Position numbers and translations under genes: made by a program
Notes under the pieces: model-generated
What the model saw: the letters and a program-made list of their open reading frames with translations, nothing else
What the model was told of the DNA's origin: nothing
Databases searched by the model: none
From: Nanobdellota archaeon
Lineage (GTDB): Archaea > Nanobdellota > Nanobdellia > Pacearchaeales > GW2011-AR1
NCBI GenBank assembly: GCA_038045385.1
Contig: JBBSYE010000003.1
Location: 21,347 to 85,346 of the forward strand
Direction: 5' to 3'
DNA length: 64,000 nt
Shown here: positions 27,871 to 37,166 of the stretch, one piece after another
Position numbering within the stretch: the first letter of the stretch is position 1
Layout of the letters: each line of letters begins with the position of its first letter

Positions 27871-30800
27871 CTATTTAGCTTGAGGTGCAAACCAACCTTG
27901 CAAAGACATCTGTTTTTCTTTCTCTTTTCCAAAAATCCCTTGAATATCTTTCTCCGTAATTTCTAAACATTCTAATAAATAAGGACTAACATTATACTTC
28001 CGAGCCAAATCCAAAGCACTAGCAAGATATTTTATTATGCTCCCCTCTGTAATTGTGAAAATAACCTTCCCCGAACATTTCATACACTTGCCAGATAAAG
28101 GCACACGCCTAAATGATTCATTACAATCAACGCATCTAAATGCTTGCATTGAAAACTTCCTTAAATTACCTCTGATATCTCTCATAAAATGTCTCTCTAT
28201 AACCAATCTAGCAACATCGCTCACATCTACTGCACGTATCTTCGTGCATAAATTCATCATCGAACTAACTTTCTCCTGCATAGTCGGCAAAATCTTATAA
28301 GAAGAACTTATAACTCCTCTATTGAAATCATTTGTATCGTGCGTAAACTTATTACCTGTAAACGGATCAAGCCCACTCTTTAATCTAGATTTAACATTCT
28401 CAATTTTTACTTCTGAAGAATGCTTACCCTGTTCAGCCAGTTCATACAGCTCAAGAGGATATTTACCAAGCTCTAAATCCAAAATCTGATCATCCACTTC
28501 CCCTGCGCTAATTTTCGTATTTAAAACCAAAGGAGCATCTTGTGTCCCTCCTCTATGCGCTGGCAAAAAACTCCTAGAAAAATTAAGAAGCATATCCATC
28601 AACAACATAACTGCCGCCTCATCCCCATCGCAATCTCTCCTCATTGCCGCATGCATGTATGGCGATGCAAGCATGGCCTGTGTTTTTGAAAATCCTATAA
28701 GCCTACCAACTGTAGCAGTGCAAATATGCGGCGCAATACAAACAAACAAAGAACCAACCAAGTCCCGCTTAATTACAGCATTATAATATCTATCCAGGCC
28801 ATAAATCTTCTCTAACTCATCATCAATAAATTTGGAAACTCTCAAAAAGACATCATCCGCTTTCTCATCCATAGATATCGGACAAGCAGGCAAAATTATA
28901 TCATGAGGAAAAATCTCAAGTACCTGTTCGTCACGCTCTAAAATTAATCCATCTATATCTTTATCATACCCTAATTTTCTCAAATCTTCAACAGATGTTC
29001 CAATTTCTGCCGGCTTAAAAAAACCAACTGGCATTTCAGTCATATCATATCTTATAGTTCCGTCTTTATTCACATGTAGATCATACTTCGCTCGTAAAAA
29101 TCCCTTTGCAAGATGCTCACATGAATGATCCTTGCTAGAACTTCCTCTTATGCCCTTTATCGCAACGGGCAATTCCTCAAGTCTAACTCCCGCAATCTGT
29201 TTTGCTGAAGAAAAATATCTACCTATATCTATAACTCTTTTAGAAAATCTATCTCCCTTATTATGTTCCGTACAAATCTCCTCTTTACTCAATCCGCAAT
29301 CGCGACAATAATATCTCTTTACACAGACACTCAAGCACCGATCACATCTAGGATAGATAGTTTCATCTTTACATTTCTCACACCAAAATATAGGAAATTC
29401 CGAAGTAACTCCTTCTGCTTCAACCGCTGCTTGAAAGCTTCTAAGTCTTCCTCCCTCAACTCCAACAGGAAAGAGAGCATGGGGGCTTCCAGTAAGTTTT
29501 CGTAATTTGGCCTTTTCCGGCCTACCCATTCTTGCACCAATAAAAGTGCCAGCCTTATCTTTTATAATAAAATTAGAAATTAAATTAATAATCTCTAAAA
29601 CATTACCCTCTTTAGGAATCTTCTCGAGTACTTTCTCAAAAGAATCTTTAAATTCTCCTTTAATCCCAAGATTCTCCAGAAAAGCCCTTGCGTCATCCCC
29701 AAAAATAACTACATGTTCAAAACTAACCTTATGCGGACAACCTATTATCTCCAAAGCGCGCTTCCCTCTAAAAAATCTCTCTCTTTCGGTAGAATTAAAC
29801 GGTAAAACAATTCTACCCTCGATAAATTCTCCATGAGAAGCCCAGTCAAGAAGCGCGAGAAAATCCTGATATTCTATTTGACTCCAATAATAGATAAAAG
29901 ATGGATGTAGCGGAACCTTGAACTCGACGGATAATCTCAGAGCCTCTTCAAAAGACACATTCCAACAATCCTCAACCTTTCCGCCATTCTTAGCCAAATT
30001 CAAATTCCACCATTCTTCAACATACCCTGGTTTCAAAAGATCATAATTTCTATTAGCCACATCTCCAAAGCTAACCAGAATATCTCCAAGGTAAATTATT
30101 TCCTCAACTTCAGGGTAGAGCTTTTTAGCACTCTCATGATCTTTAACTCTAACTACCGATCCATCATATAACTTAACAATTGGTCCATCGATTTTATCGC
30201 AAGAAGAAACAGCACAACCCTTTGTCGGCTTTTCAATCTTCAACTGTGTTCCAAAAGAAATAAAGTCATCAGAAATCCCCATTGTTGCCGGACTTACAGA
30301 GGTAGCAGAAAAACCATTAGTCCTACTAAGCCCATATCTAAATCTAAACCCTCCGCTCCTTGAAGGATGACTAAAAACAGGCCTTCCCGCGACAAGATCT
30401 TTTATGTAAGTCGGTGAAGTATCTGAAGTTCCCTTCTCTCTTTTTTTATGCAGAGAAATGTACTGATCAAGAAAATTCCAACCAGTAGCAACAAAACCTC
30501 TTTCCTGTGCCCTCTTCAAAAGCCTAAGTCCTTTTTGCGCTTTTTGTGCAAGCCCTTCAGAAAAAATTAAACACATACCTCCTCTGATAAAATTAGTTTC
30601 TATTCTCGGCAAGTCTTTATAATTCGAGACTTCGCGGTTCTCTGTAGGCTCTCCCGCAATTTGAAAAGGCAAGTTTCTAGCGAGAAAATCAATTTCCTCT
30701 TCGGTAGGCAAATACTGCAAATTGGTAACACGTTCATGATAATCATAATTTTCAACAACATAGCGTCGCACTTCATCTTCATCAGGATCATATTTTGCAT

Positions 30801-31320
30801 ATCCAAAAGCTTCTCGTAAATAATCAATTATCATTAAAACAACACAACCTGCAGTCGTGCCTGCGCTCCTTATTGGCCCTGAAAAATAAGCTATAAAATA
30901 ATCTTCTCCTTTTTTTGTCTTCCCCAATTTCAAAGAAGTAAACCCTTCTATTGGTGAGCTAACCACTCCTAGTGTAGTATAAGCAAAAGCTACCCTTATG
31001 CCTGCCTCTATTGCCTCTAAAACATTTTCAAATTTACAAAATTTCTCTCTAGCAATTTCTTCAGCAATTTTCAAAGATACCGCCATCTCAAGTGGTCCAA
31101 ACTCTTTTTCTAATTCAATTATTCTTTCAACAATTCCTACTCCAATTATCTGCGGATAGACTACAGATATCAATCCAACAGATTTTTCAGCAAGAGAAGT
31201 CGCAACTGGTACTTCCACTCTTGAAACAGGATCCAATCCTTTTGCTCTTGCAAGTTCAGCAACGTCATATCCCTCTTTAGATTTACTTTCAATATGAGCA
31301 AAATGTTCTTTCATGTTCAT
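27871..31320 (-). CDS. DNA polymerase II (PolD) large subunit DP2
   Basis: A 1149-aa protein with the characteristic DP2 N-terminus (HFAHIESKSKEGYDVAELARAKGLDP) and Zn-finger clusters (CEKCKDETIYPRCDRC, CRDCG, CVDCNESFRRVPLSGKCMKC). Confidence 0.9.
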   Translation of the reverse strand: MNMKEHFAHIESKSKEGYDVAELARAKGLDPVSRVEVPVATSLAEKSVGLISVVYPQIIGVGIVERIIELEKEFGPLEMAVSLKIAEEIAREKFCKFENVLEAIEAGIRVAFAYTTLGVVSSPIEGFTSLKLGKTKKGEDYFIAYFSGPIRSAGTTAGCVVLMIIDYLREAFGYAKYDPDEDEVRRYVVENYDYHERVTNLQYLPTEEEIDFLARNLPFQIAGEPTENREVSNYKDLPRIETNFIRGGMCLIFSEGLAQKAQKGLRLLKRAQERGFVATGWNFLDQYISLHKKREKGTSDTSPTYIKDLVAGRPVFSHPSRSGGFRFRYGLSRTNGFSATSVSPATMGISDDFISFGTQLKIEKPTKGCAVSSCDKIDGPIVKLYDGSVVRVKDHESAKKLYPEVEEIIYLGDILVSFGDVANRNYDLLKPGYVEEWWNLNLAKNGGKVEDCWNVSFEEALRLSVEFKVPLHPSFIYYWSQIEYQDFLALLDWASHGEFIEGRIVLPFNSTERERFFRGKRALEIIGCPHKVSFEHVVIFGDDARAFLENLGIKGEFKDSFEKVLEKIPKEGNVLEIINLISNFIIKDKAGTFIGARMGRPEKAKLRKLTGSPHALFPVGVEGGRLRSFQAAVEAEGVTSEFPIFWCEKCKDETIYPRCDRCLSVCVKRYYCRDCGLSKEEICTEHNKGDRFSKRVIDIGRYFSSAKQIAGVRLEELPVAIKGIRGSSSKDHSCEHLAKGFLRAKYDLHVNKDGTIRYDMTEMPVGFFKPAEIGTSVEDLRKLGYDKDIDGLILERDEQVLEIFPHDIILPACPISMDEKADDVFLRVSKFIDDELEKIYGLDRYYNAVIKRDLVGSLFVCIAPHICTATVGRLIGFSKTQAMLASPYMHAAMRRDCDGDEAAVMLLMDMLLNFSRSFLPAHRGGTQDAPLVLNTKISAGEVDDQILDLELGKYPLELYELAEQGKHSSEVKIENVKSRLKSGLDPFTGNKFTHDTNDFNRGVISSSYKILPTMQEKVSSMMNLCTKIRAVDVSDVARLVIERHFMRDIRGNLRKFSMQAFRCVDCNESFRRVPLSGKCMKCSGKVIFTITEGSIIKYLASALDLARKYNVSPYLLECLEITEKDIQGIFGKEKEKQMSLQGWFAPQAK

Positions 31321-32846
31321 AGGCTAAAGTCCAAAAGTTTTAATTCTCTAGTTTTCAAGTTAAAAACTGGCACCTTACAAGGATCAGGAACATTACCAAC
31401 CTTCTCTTCAAATTCAGTCTGTGCCTGCCAGCAACTTCCAGTTATTATCAAAGTACCATTATAAGTTTCAATGTCTGGTCTATGAACTTCGCCAGTACAA
31501 AGAATATCTGGAACTTCGGAAATAACCAATGGATCTTTGTTAACGTTCGGAACATAAACTATACTTGGACTAACTCCGTGGCTCGGCGCAAGATGTCTTC
31601 TTTTAAGCATATGTTTTACAGCCTTAGCAGGAGATTTGTGTGCCTTCATCAATCTTAGCTCTTGAATCTCGCTAATGAAAGCATGGATACTAGCTCCATG
31701 ATACATTAACACCTTAAACTCCTTATCTTTCTCTATTAGTTTAATAAGCGAAGGGTTAGATACTAAAATTAAATTCTCAATCTCCCTTAGTGGCTTGCCA
31801 TAAAAATCATCTATTATCGGTTGAGGTTCAGCAACACGAACAGAATCGTGCTGCCCAGGACACATAAAAATAGTTATATCTTTAGGAATTTTTTTTAAAT
31901 AGCTCGCAAGTAATTCATATTGCTCCCTTAAACTCTTCAAATTCAGCAATCGCTCTTGCCCTGGAAAAACGCCAACTCCATCAACATTATCTCCGACAAA
32001 AAAGATAAACTTAATTTTCTTAGCCATTTCGTCTTCGCTATTAATCCATTCTAAAAATCTTTCAAACTCCTTACCCAAGTGCTTTAAGCTACCTGCATGC
32101 ACATCAGAAACAAAAGCGACGCAAGTGTCGCCGTCGAACCTCACTTTCTCTTTAAAAGAATCTGGAAAAATAATTTCATAAGCATACATAAAATCCCTAC
32201 TTCCCGCACCTCTAATAAAGACCACATCATCTAACTGTATTTCGGCAGCATTACTATAACACTCGCTATCGAGCTTCACAAGAACCTTTATACTTCCTGT
32301 GAGATCTTCAAAAGTCATCATTAAATTCTTATTACTTGTAATTCTTTTCTCGGTTAAAATACCAATTATTGAAATATTCTGTCTCACTCCGCTAAGCTTA
32401 TTAATTGAAATTAAATTTTGCGCATCTGCTCTTTGAAGCAATATTCTCTGAATCTGCTGATATCTTGATCTAAAATGTCCAACAAAATCGGCCACTTCAA
32501 CTTTCTTATTATTTTTCGTATCTGAATAAAAAACCTGATAACCCAAACCCGATGTATTTTTTACTTCTGTATGTTTTTCTATTGAAAGGGAAATCCCCAA
32601 GGTCACAAATGTTTTTTCTACCAAAGACCTCATCTCTCCAGGAACAGTGTTTATTATCTGTTGAGCGTACTCCATATTTTTAACAAGATTAGCACTAGTA
32701 ATTATCTTCTGCCCAGACATAGTTGTTAGTCTATCTAAAAATGATTTTGCTGCGGTTATATCCTTAAAGTTATTCAAGAGTTCAAATAACTCCTTTTCTA
32801 AAAGAACTCCTTTCTCATTGACAATTCTTACAATTTCCGGATTCAT
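31317..32846 (-). CDS. DNA polymerase II (PolD) small subunit DP1 (Mre11-like phosphoesterase)
   Basis: An OB domain plus calcineurin-like motifs (VSDVHAGS, FFVGDNVDG, PGQHD, YHGAS). ATGA overlaps with both neighbours. Confidence 0.85.
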   Translation of the reverse strand: MNPEIVRIVNEKGVLLEKELFELLNNFKDITAAKSFLDRLTTMSGQKIITSANLVKNMEYAQQIINTVPGEMRSLVEKTFVTLGISLSIEKHTEVKNTSGLGYQVFYSDTKNNKKVEVADFVGHFRSRYQQIQRILLQRADAQNLISINKLSGVRQNISIIGILTEKRITSNKNLMMTFEDLTGSIKVLVKLDSECYSNAAEIQLDDVVFIRGAGSRDFMYAYEIIFPDSFKEKVRFDGDTCVAFVSDVHAGSLKHLGKEFERFLEWINSEDEMAKKIKFIFFVGDNVDGVGVFPGQERLLNLKSLREQYELLASYLKKIPKDITIFMCPGQHDSVRVAEPQPIIDDFYGKPLREIENLILVSNPSLIKLIEKDKEFKVLMYHGASIHAFISEIQELRLMKAHKSPAKAVKHMLKRRHLAPSHGVSPSIVYVPNVNKDPLVISEVPDILCTGEVHRPDIETYNGTLIITGSCWQAQTEFEEKVGNVPDPCKVPVFNLKTRELKLLDFSL

Positions 32847-34045
32847 AAACTTAAAGAAGAGTTAAGAATTTCCCTAGCTTTAGGCAAAAGTTGCTGTGGA
32901 ATCATGAGTTTTATCTCTCTAGTCCTCCCTTGTCTTCCTTTACTTATGACCTGTGCATTTATTAGCCCAAGCATATCAAATTCAGCTAGAATATCTGAAA
33001 CCCTCCTTTGAGTAAGCGCTTCATTCTTAGTTCTGCTACAAATATCTTGATAATTAGAATAAATCTCTCCTGTAAAGATGCTCGCATTCTTGTATTTCTC
33101 GCTTAGATTCATAATAGAAAACAAAACAAGTTGAAATTGCTTAGGTTCATTTTCAATTATGTCTAACATTTTATCTCTCTCTATTTTTCTGTTCGCTTCA
33201 TCAAGGTGGATTAGCCCAACCTTTTTGCTAGAATTTCTTTCAGCAAGTTCTCCAGCCACACGAAGCAAGTCTAAAGCTCTTCTTGCATCTCCATGCTCTC
33301 TAGCAGCATAACCTGCGCATTTAGCAATCACTCCCTCCTCTAAAACGCCCTCTTGAAAAGCCATTTTGGAACGCTCCTTCAAAATATCCTGTAATTGAAG
33401 CGCATTATATGGTGCAAATACGAGTTCCTCTTCCCCTAGTGAACTTCTAACTCTTGGGTCAAGCTCATCCATGAAAGTAAGACTATTACTTATCCCAACA
33501 AGACTAATATGTGATTTTTTCAACTCGACATTTAAACGAGTAAGAGAATAAAGAAACCCGTCAGATATCTTCCTTACTGCTTGATCTATTTCATCAAGAA
33601 TTATCAGTATTCCTTGTTGCTCTCTTTCGATAATCTCAACAAATTTATTATAAACTGCGTCTGTAGGCAAACCTGTCGACGGCACACTTCCCCCAAGCTG
33701 ATTCACAAGTTCTGCCAATATTCTATATTCAGTATCCGCAATCTTCTTAAGCTTACAATTGACATAAACGACTCTAAGCTTATTATCAGAAGAATCCGCT
33801 CTTTTTAGCAACTCATTTGCAACATACTGCACAGAAAGCGTCTTGCCCGTTCCGGTCTTTCCATAAACAAATAAATTGCTAACTCTCTCCCCTCTAAGCG
33901 CCGGTGCCAATATAGAAGCAACAGATTCTACTTGCTCATCCCTATGAGGAATAGTTTCGGGAGTATAATTAGTCTGCAAGATGGATTTATCTTTGAATAT
34001 GTTCTTTTCCGAGAAAGAATCAAAAATCGAGTCAAGTTTTGCCAT
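32843..34045 (-). CDS. cdc6: Orc1/Cdc6 replication initiator
   Basis: PHRDEQ, Walker A YGKTGTGKT, Walker B LDEID, and a C-terminal winged helix. It is adjacent to the AT-rich non-coding region. Confidence 0.9.
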   Translation of the reverse strand: MAKLDSIFDSFSEKNIFKDKSILQTNYTPETIPHRDEQVESVASILAPALRGERVSNLFVYGKTGTGKTLSVQYVANELLKRADSSDNKLRVVYVNCKLKKIADTEYRILAELVNQLGGSVPSTGLPTDAVYNKFVEIIEREQQGILIILDEIDQAVRKISDGFLYSLTRLNVELKKSHISLVGISNSLTFMDELDPRVRSSLGEEELVFAPYNALQLQDILKERSKMAFQEGVLEEGVIAKCAGYAAREHGDARRALDLLRVAGELAERNSSKKVGLIHLDEANRKIERDKMLDIIENEPKQFQLVLFSIMNLSEKYKNASIFTGEIYSNYQDICSRTKNEALTQRRVSDILAEFDMLGLINAQVISKGRQGRTREIKLMIPQQLLPKAREILNSSLSL

Positions 34046-34771
34046 ATTTTCACCTCAAACAAACAAGCACAATTGAAGATTATAAACATATCTGTTTTCT
34101 AACCTATATTTCAACTCCAAAAGCACAAAAAACCATAATTAGCCGTCGTAAACAATAAAAATTTAAAGATTAGTATCCAACACCCTCACACCATCATTTC
34201 TCATGCAGAATTAATTATCCACAATATAATTAGCTCATATTAAAGCGAACTAATCTAAAATGCACAATGATTAGATATAATTATATAATATCATATATAA
34301 ATAATAGATATAATATAATAAAGAATAACAACAGGCTAATAAATTAATTTAAACTTAATTTAATTAGTATATTAAATAACATTATATAATAATATCATAA
34401 AGAAAATTGATAGATAAAGATAACACACTAATAATAAAATAAGTTATATATCTATATATTATATTATTATATCTTATAATTATATATGTATACTCTTCTT
34501 CTAGTCCGTCTTATTTCTTTCTTTATATCTCATTCTTCTTATCTTTATTTTCTTTAACTATCTATTATTCTCAAATCTTCAAATTTCCTCTTTAATACTG
34601 CCTCTTCAAATCTCCTCCTCCATACATATCCCCCAATTCCCATTCTCCACAAGAAACCATAGGGTGAGAGAGTCGAAGGAATAATCAGTAAAGAACAGAA
34701 ATCACCCATATTCGCCATCACAATTCACAAACCACAACAAACTTTATAAACTACTCAAATCTCAAGGATAG
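34046..34771. other. candidate chromosomal replication origin (oriC)
   Basis: This 726-bp stretch is the longest non-coding stretch in the window and sits directly upstream of orc1/cdc6-DP1-DP2. Positions 34261-34500 have 31 G+C in 240 nt by hand count. An ORB-like box is present, and transcription is divergent on the two sides. Confidence 0.65.
34645..34666 (+). promoter_or_regulatory. ORB-like origin recognition box
   Basis: CTCCACAAGAAACCATAGGGTG resembles the archaeal ORB pattern (TCCA-N3-GAAAC core plus a downstream G-string), as recalled from Sulfolobus and Pyrococcus origins. Confidence 0.45.
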
Positions 34772-35032
34772 ATGACATTAGAAAAGAAGGCATTAAATCA
34801 AATATTAAGCAAGCTAGTTGTCACAAAAGAAGGCCGCAGACTAGGCTTTGTCAAGGATTTAACATTCGAAACAAGAACTGGCGAACTTTTACAAATAATA
34901 CTAAAAGACGCAACTCCCTATACAAAGAACTTAAACTTAGAAATGTCTCAAGAAAAAGAGCCAATCGTGCCCCATAATTCAATAATAGCAATAGGTGATT
35001 TTGTTGTAGTGTCAGAAGAAGATCTAGCATAA
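34772..35032 (+). CDS. PRC-barrel domain protein
   Basis: ILSKLVVTKEGRRLGFVKDLTFETRTGELLQIILKD. Confidence 0.5.
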   Translation: MTLEKKALNQILSKLVVTKEGRRLGFVKDLTFETRTGELLQIILKDATPYTKNLNLEMSQEKEPIVPHNSIIAIGDFVVVSEEDLA

Positions 35033-35066
35033 CAATATTTAAAAACAATCTATTTTCAATAAAACA

Positions 35067-35483
35067 ATGAGAGTACTAGGATTTAATTTTACAAAGATTC
35101 ACGCTTCCCGTAAAGATAAATGGGAAAAGAACGAAAAGATAAACACAAATATAGAACTTAGCGACATAGAAAAAGACTCTATAGACATATTAAAACAAAA
35201 TGAAATAATTAAAGTGAAATTTAGCTATAAAATCTTATACGAACCAAATAACGCCGAAGTAATATTTGAAGGCAATATAATCTTAGATCTAGATGAAACG
35301 CTCTCTAAAGAAATGATAAAAGATTGGAAAAAGAAAGAGATACCAGAGAAGATAAAGATACCATTGTTAAATTTAGTAATGACTAAATGTAATATAAAAG
35401 CTCTCGAATTAGAAGAACAACTGAGTATGCCTTTCCATCTTAAACTTCCTAGGGCAACAGGAATAGCACAACAATCTAGCTAA
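35067..35483 (+). CDS. hypothetical protein
   Basis: A 138-aa ORF with no motif recognised. Confidence 0.4.
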   Translation: MRVLGFNFTKIHASRKDKWEKNEKINTNIELSDIEKDSIDILKQNEIIKVKFSYKILYEPNNAEVIFEGNIILDLDETLSKEMIKDWKKKEIPEKIKIPLLNLVMTKCNIKALELEEQLSMPFHLKLPRATGIAQQSS

Positions 35484-36180
35484 TGCTTTTCAGCTTACCA
35501 AAATCCAAAACTTCAAGTTTTTCTCCAACAATTTTAACCTTAAACTGATTAAAGTTAAAATTCCAAGGCATTCCAATTCCTAAATCTCTTGGATCACTAC
35601 CCTCTGTAAAAGGAAAAAAACTAGGCATGATAACAATCTCTTTGCCTTTATATTTCCCAGTCAAAAAACATTTGTAATTTTCAGTTTTTATACCATCACT
35701 CAGATTAACCGCGGGATGAGCGTGCCCCATCACCCAAGTCATAATCTTTTTATCATAAATCTCATCAAAATCTCTATCCCCATGAATAAAAGCATATCTC
35801 TCCCAAATATAAAAACTTACAAGCTTTGTAGAATAATCTCTCAAGATAGGCTCAAGAAGAGCATCATGATTTCCTTTGATAACTATAATCTCGCTACATC
35901 TTCCGGAGAGTAGTTCAAAAAGTCTAGCAAAATGATTTCTTTCTTGTTCCAATATGTTTCCAATAGCATGTTTTACATCACCAAGCAGAATAATCTTATC
36001 CACTTTTCCAATTCGTACAAAAATCTCAAGCAAATCTTTCTCAATTGCAGAATAAAGATTACCAGGAAGATAAATTCCCGATCTTCTCAGTGACTCTCCA
36101 TAACCCAAATGTAAATCTCCAATTACAAGCAATTTCTTATCTATAAGCAGACACTTCCCTATGAAATCTATCATTCCCAT
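35476..36180 (-). CDS. calcineurin-like metallophosphoesterase
   Basis: VIGDLHLG, LLGDVKH, IKGNHD, FIHGD and MGHAHP. Confidence 0.75.
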   Translation of the reverse strand: MGMIDFIGKCLLIDKKLLVIGDLHLGYGESLRRSGIYLPGNLYSAIEKDLLEIFVRIGKVDKIILLGDVKHAIGNILEQERNHFARLFELLSGRCSEIIVIKGNHDALLEPILRDYSTKLVSFYIWERYAFIHGDRDFDEIYDKKIMTWVMGHAHPAVNLSDGIKTENYKCFLTGKYKGKEIVIMPSFFPFTEGSDPRDLGIGMPWNFNFNQFKVKIVGEKLEVLDFGKLKSIS

Positions 36181-36242
36181 TACGTTAATCTTTTAGTCCA
36201 AACCTGCACATTTAAATATTACCCCCTAGTCAAACAAATAGG

Positions 36243-36755
36243 ATGAAATCAAAAACACTAGCGGCTTTGCTCATGTGCCATGTCTTAAACACCCCAACAA
36301 GCGGAGAAAATCCTCAGAACAAAATACCCCAAGACCTCATACCACCAAGAGTCGATTTACACCAATCAGATAGAGATTTAAGTATAAATCTTTATGATTT
36401 GCTCCAAACATGCCCAGATAAAAGATTAACAGTTCAAATTCCAAACCAAAAAGGAATGTTCTATCGTGTTCGCCCCTTTGAAACCCCCGAGGGAACACCA
36501 TATCTCTCAATATGTATTATGCAAGAACCAACAATAAGACATTATGATTTCTACGATGGGCTTGAAATTGAAGCGATGGCCGAACAAGGCAAAAGGGCGA
36601 ATCTAGACGGTATACCCGACACAATTTACATATGGGATTTGCACGCAGAACCACTCGCTAGACCCCAAAGGCTAGAATTAACAGAAGAACTAAAAAGAGA
36701 CTATTCCTTAATTCTAAAATATGTTTCAAGAGAAACAAGACCAAATAACTTCTAA
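36243..36755 (+). CDS. hypothetical protein
   Basis: A 170-aa ORF with a possible N-terminal signal. Confidence 0.35.
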   Translation: MKSKTLAALLMCHVLNTPTSGENPQNKIPQDLIPPRVDLHQSDRDLSINLYDLLQTCPDKRLTVQIPNQKGMFYRVRPFETPEGTPYLSICIMQEPTIRHYDFYDGLEIEAMAEQGKRANLDGIPDTIYIWDLHAEPLARPQRLELTEELKRDYSLILKYVSRETRPNNF

Positions 36756-36769
36756 ACAAAAAAATTTAA

Positions 36770-37123
36770 CTAAGCGTTATAACATCCACCGACGTCAATC
36801 CCATAAGTTCGGTAACAAGAACACCTTTTCATTATCCCCTGTTCAAAACAACTAGCCGCGTGATAAGGACCATATTCATCCATACAAGCGAAATATACAG
36901 TATTGCTCGCAGCAAAACAAACTAAATGTGGTGAAGGAATAATTATTGGAACCTGAGCAACCTCAATATCCGCCCCGTCATCAAATAATAAGGTATTCGA
37001 ATTATCGCCAAAATTTAAAACTTTGCCTTCCGAAGCGCTAACAAAAAAAGTAACTCCTACTAACAGTCCCAAAACAAAAAAACCCATCAAAATTTTTTTC
37101 AACTTATTCATCTTCCTAGACAA
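36770..37123 (-). CDS. secreted Cys-rich small protein
   Basis: An N-terminal signal/anchor (KKILMGFFVLGLLVGVTFFVSA) and 6 Cys in the C-terminal 60 aa. Confidence 0.45.
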   Translation of the reverse strand: MSRKMNKLKKILMGFFVLGLLVGVTFFVSASEGKVLNFGDNSNTLLFDDGADIEVAQVPIIIPSPHLVCFAASNTVYFACMDEYGPYHAASCFEQGIMKRCSCYRTYGIDVGGCYNA

Positions 37124-37166
37124 TTTCCCCTATTTAAATATTTTTTGCTTCTACACTAGATACTTA

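Noticed and set aside
28037-31280. Several 60-110-aa ORFs inside or antisense to PolD DP2 (28037..28300, 29263..29505, 29331..29540, 29507..29836, 30600..30827, 31092..31280).
   Set aside because: They are fully embedded in a confidently identified 1149-aa gene and have no motifs.
27871-34045. Inteins in PolD DP2, DP1 or Orc1/Cdc6 (and in RadA at 1..940).
   Set aside because: The protein lengths are typical for intein-free versions. No homing-endonuclease (LAGLIDADG) block or C-terminal HN-C/S/T splice junction was noticed.
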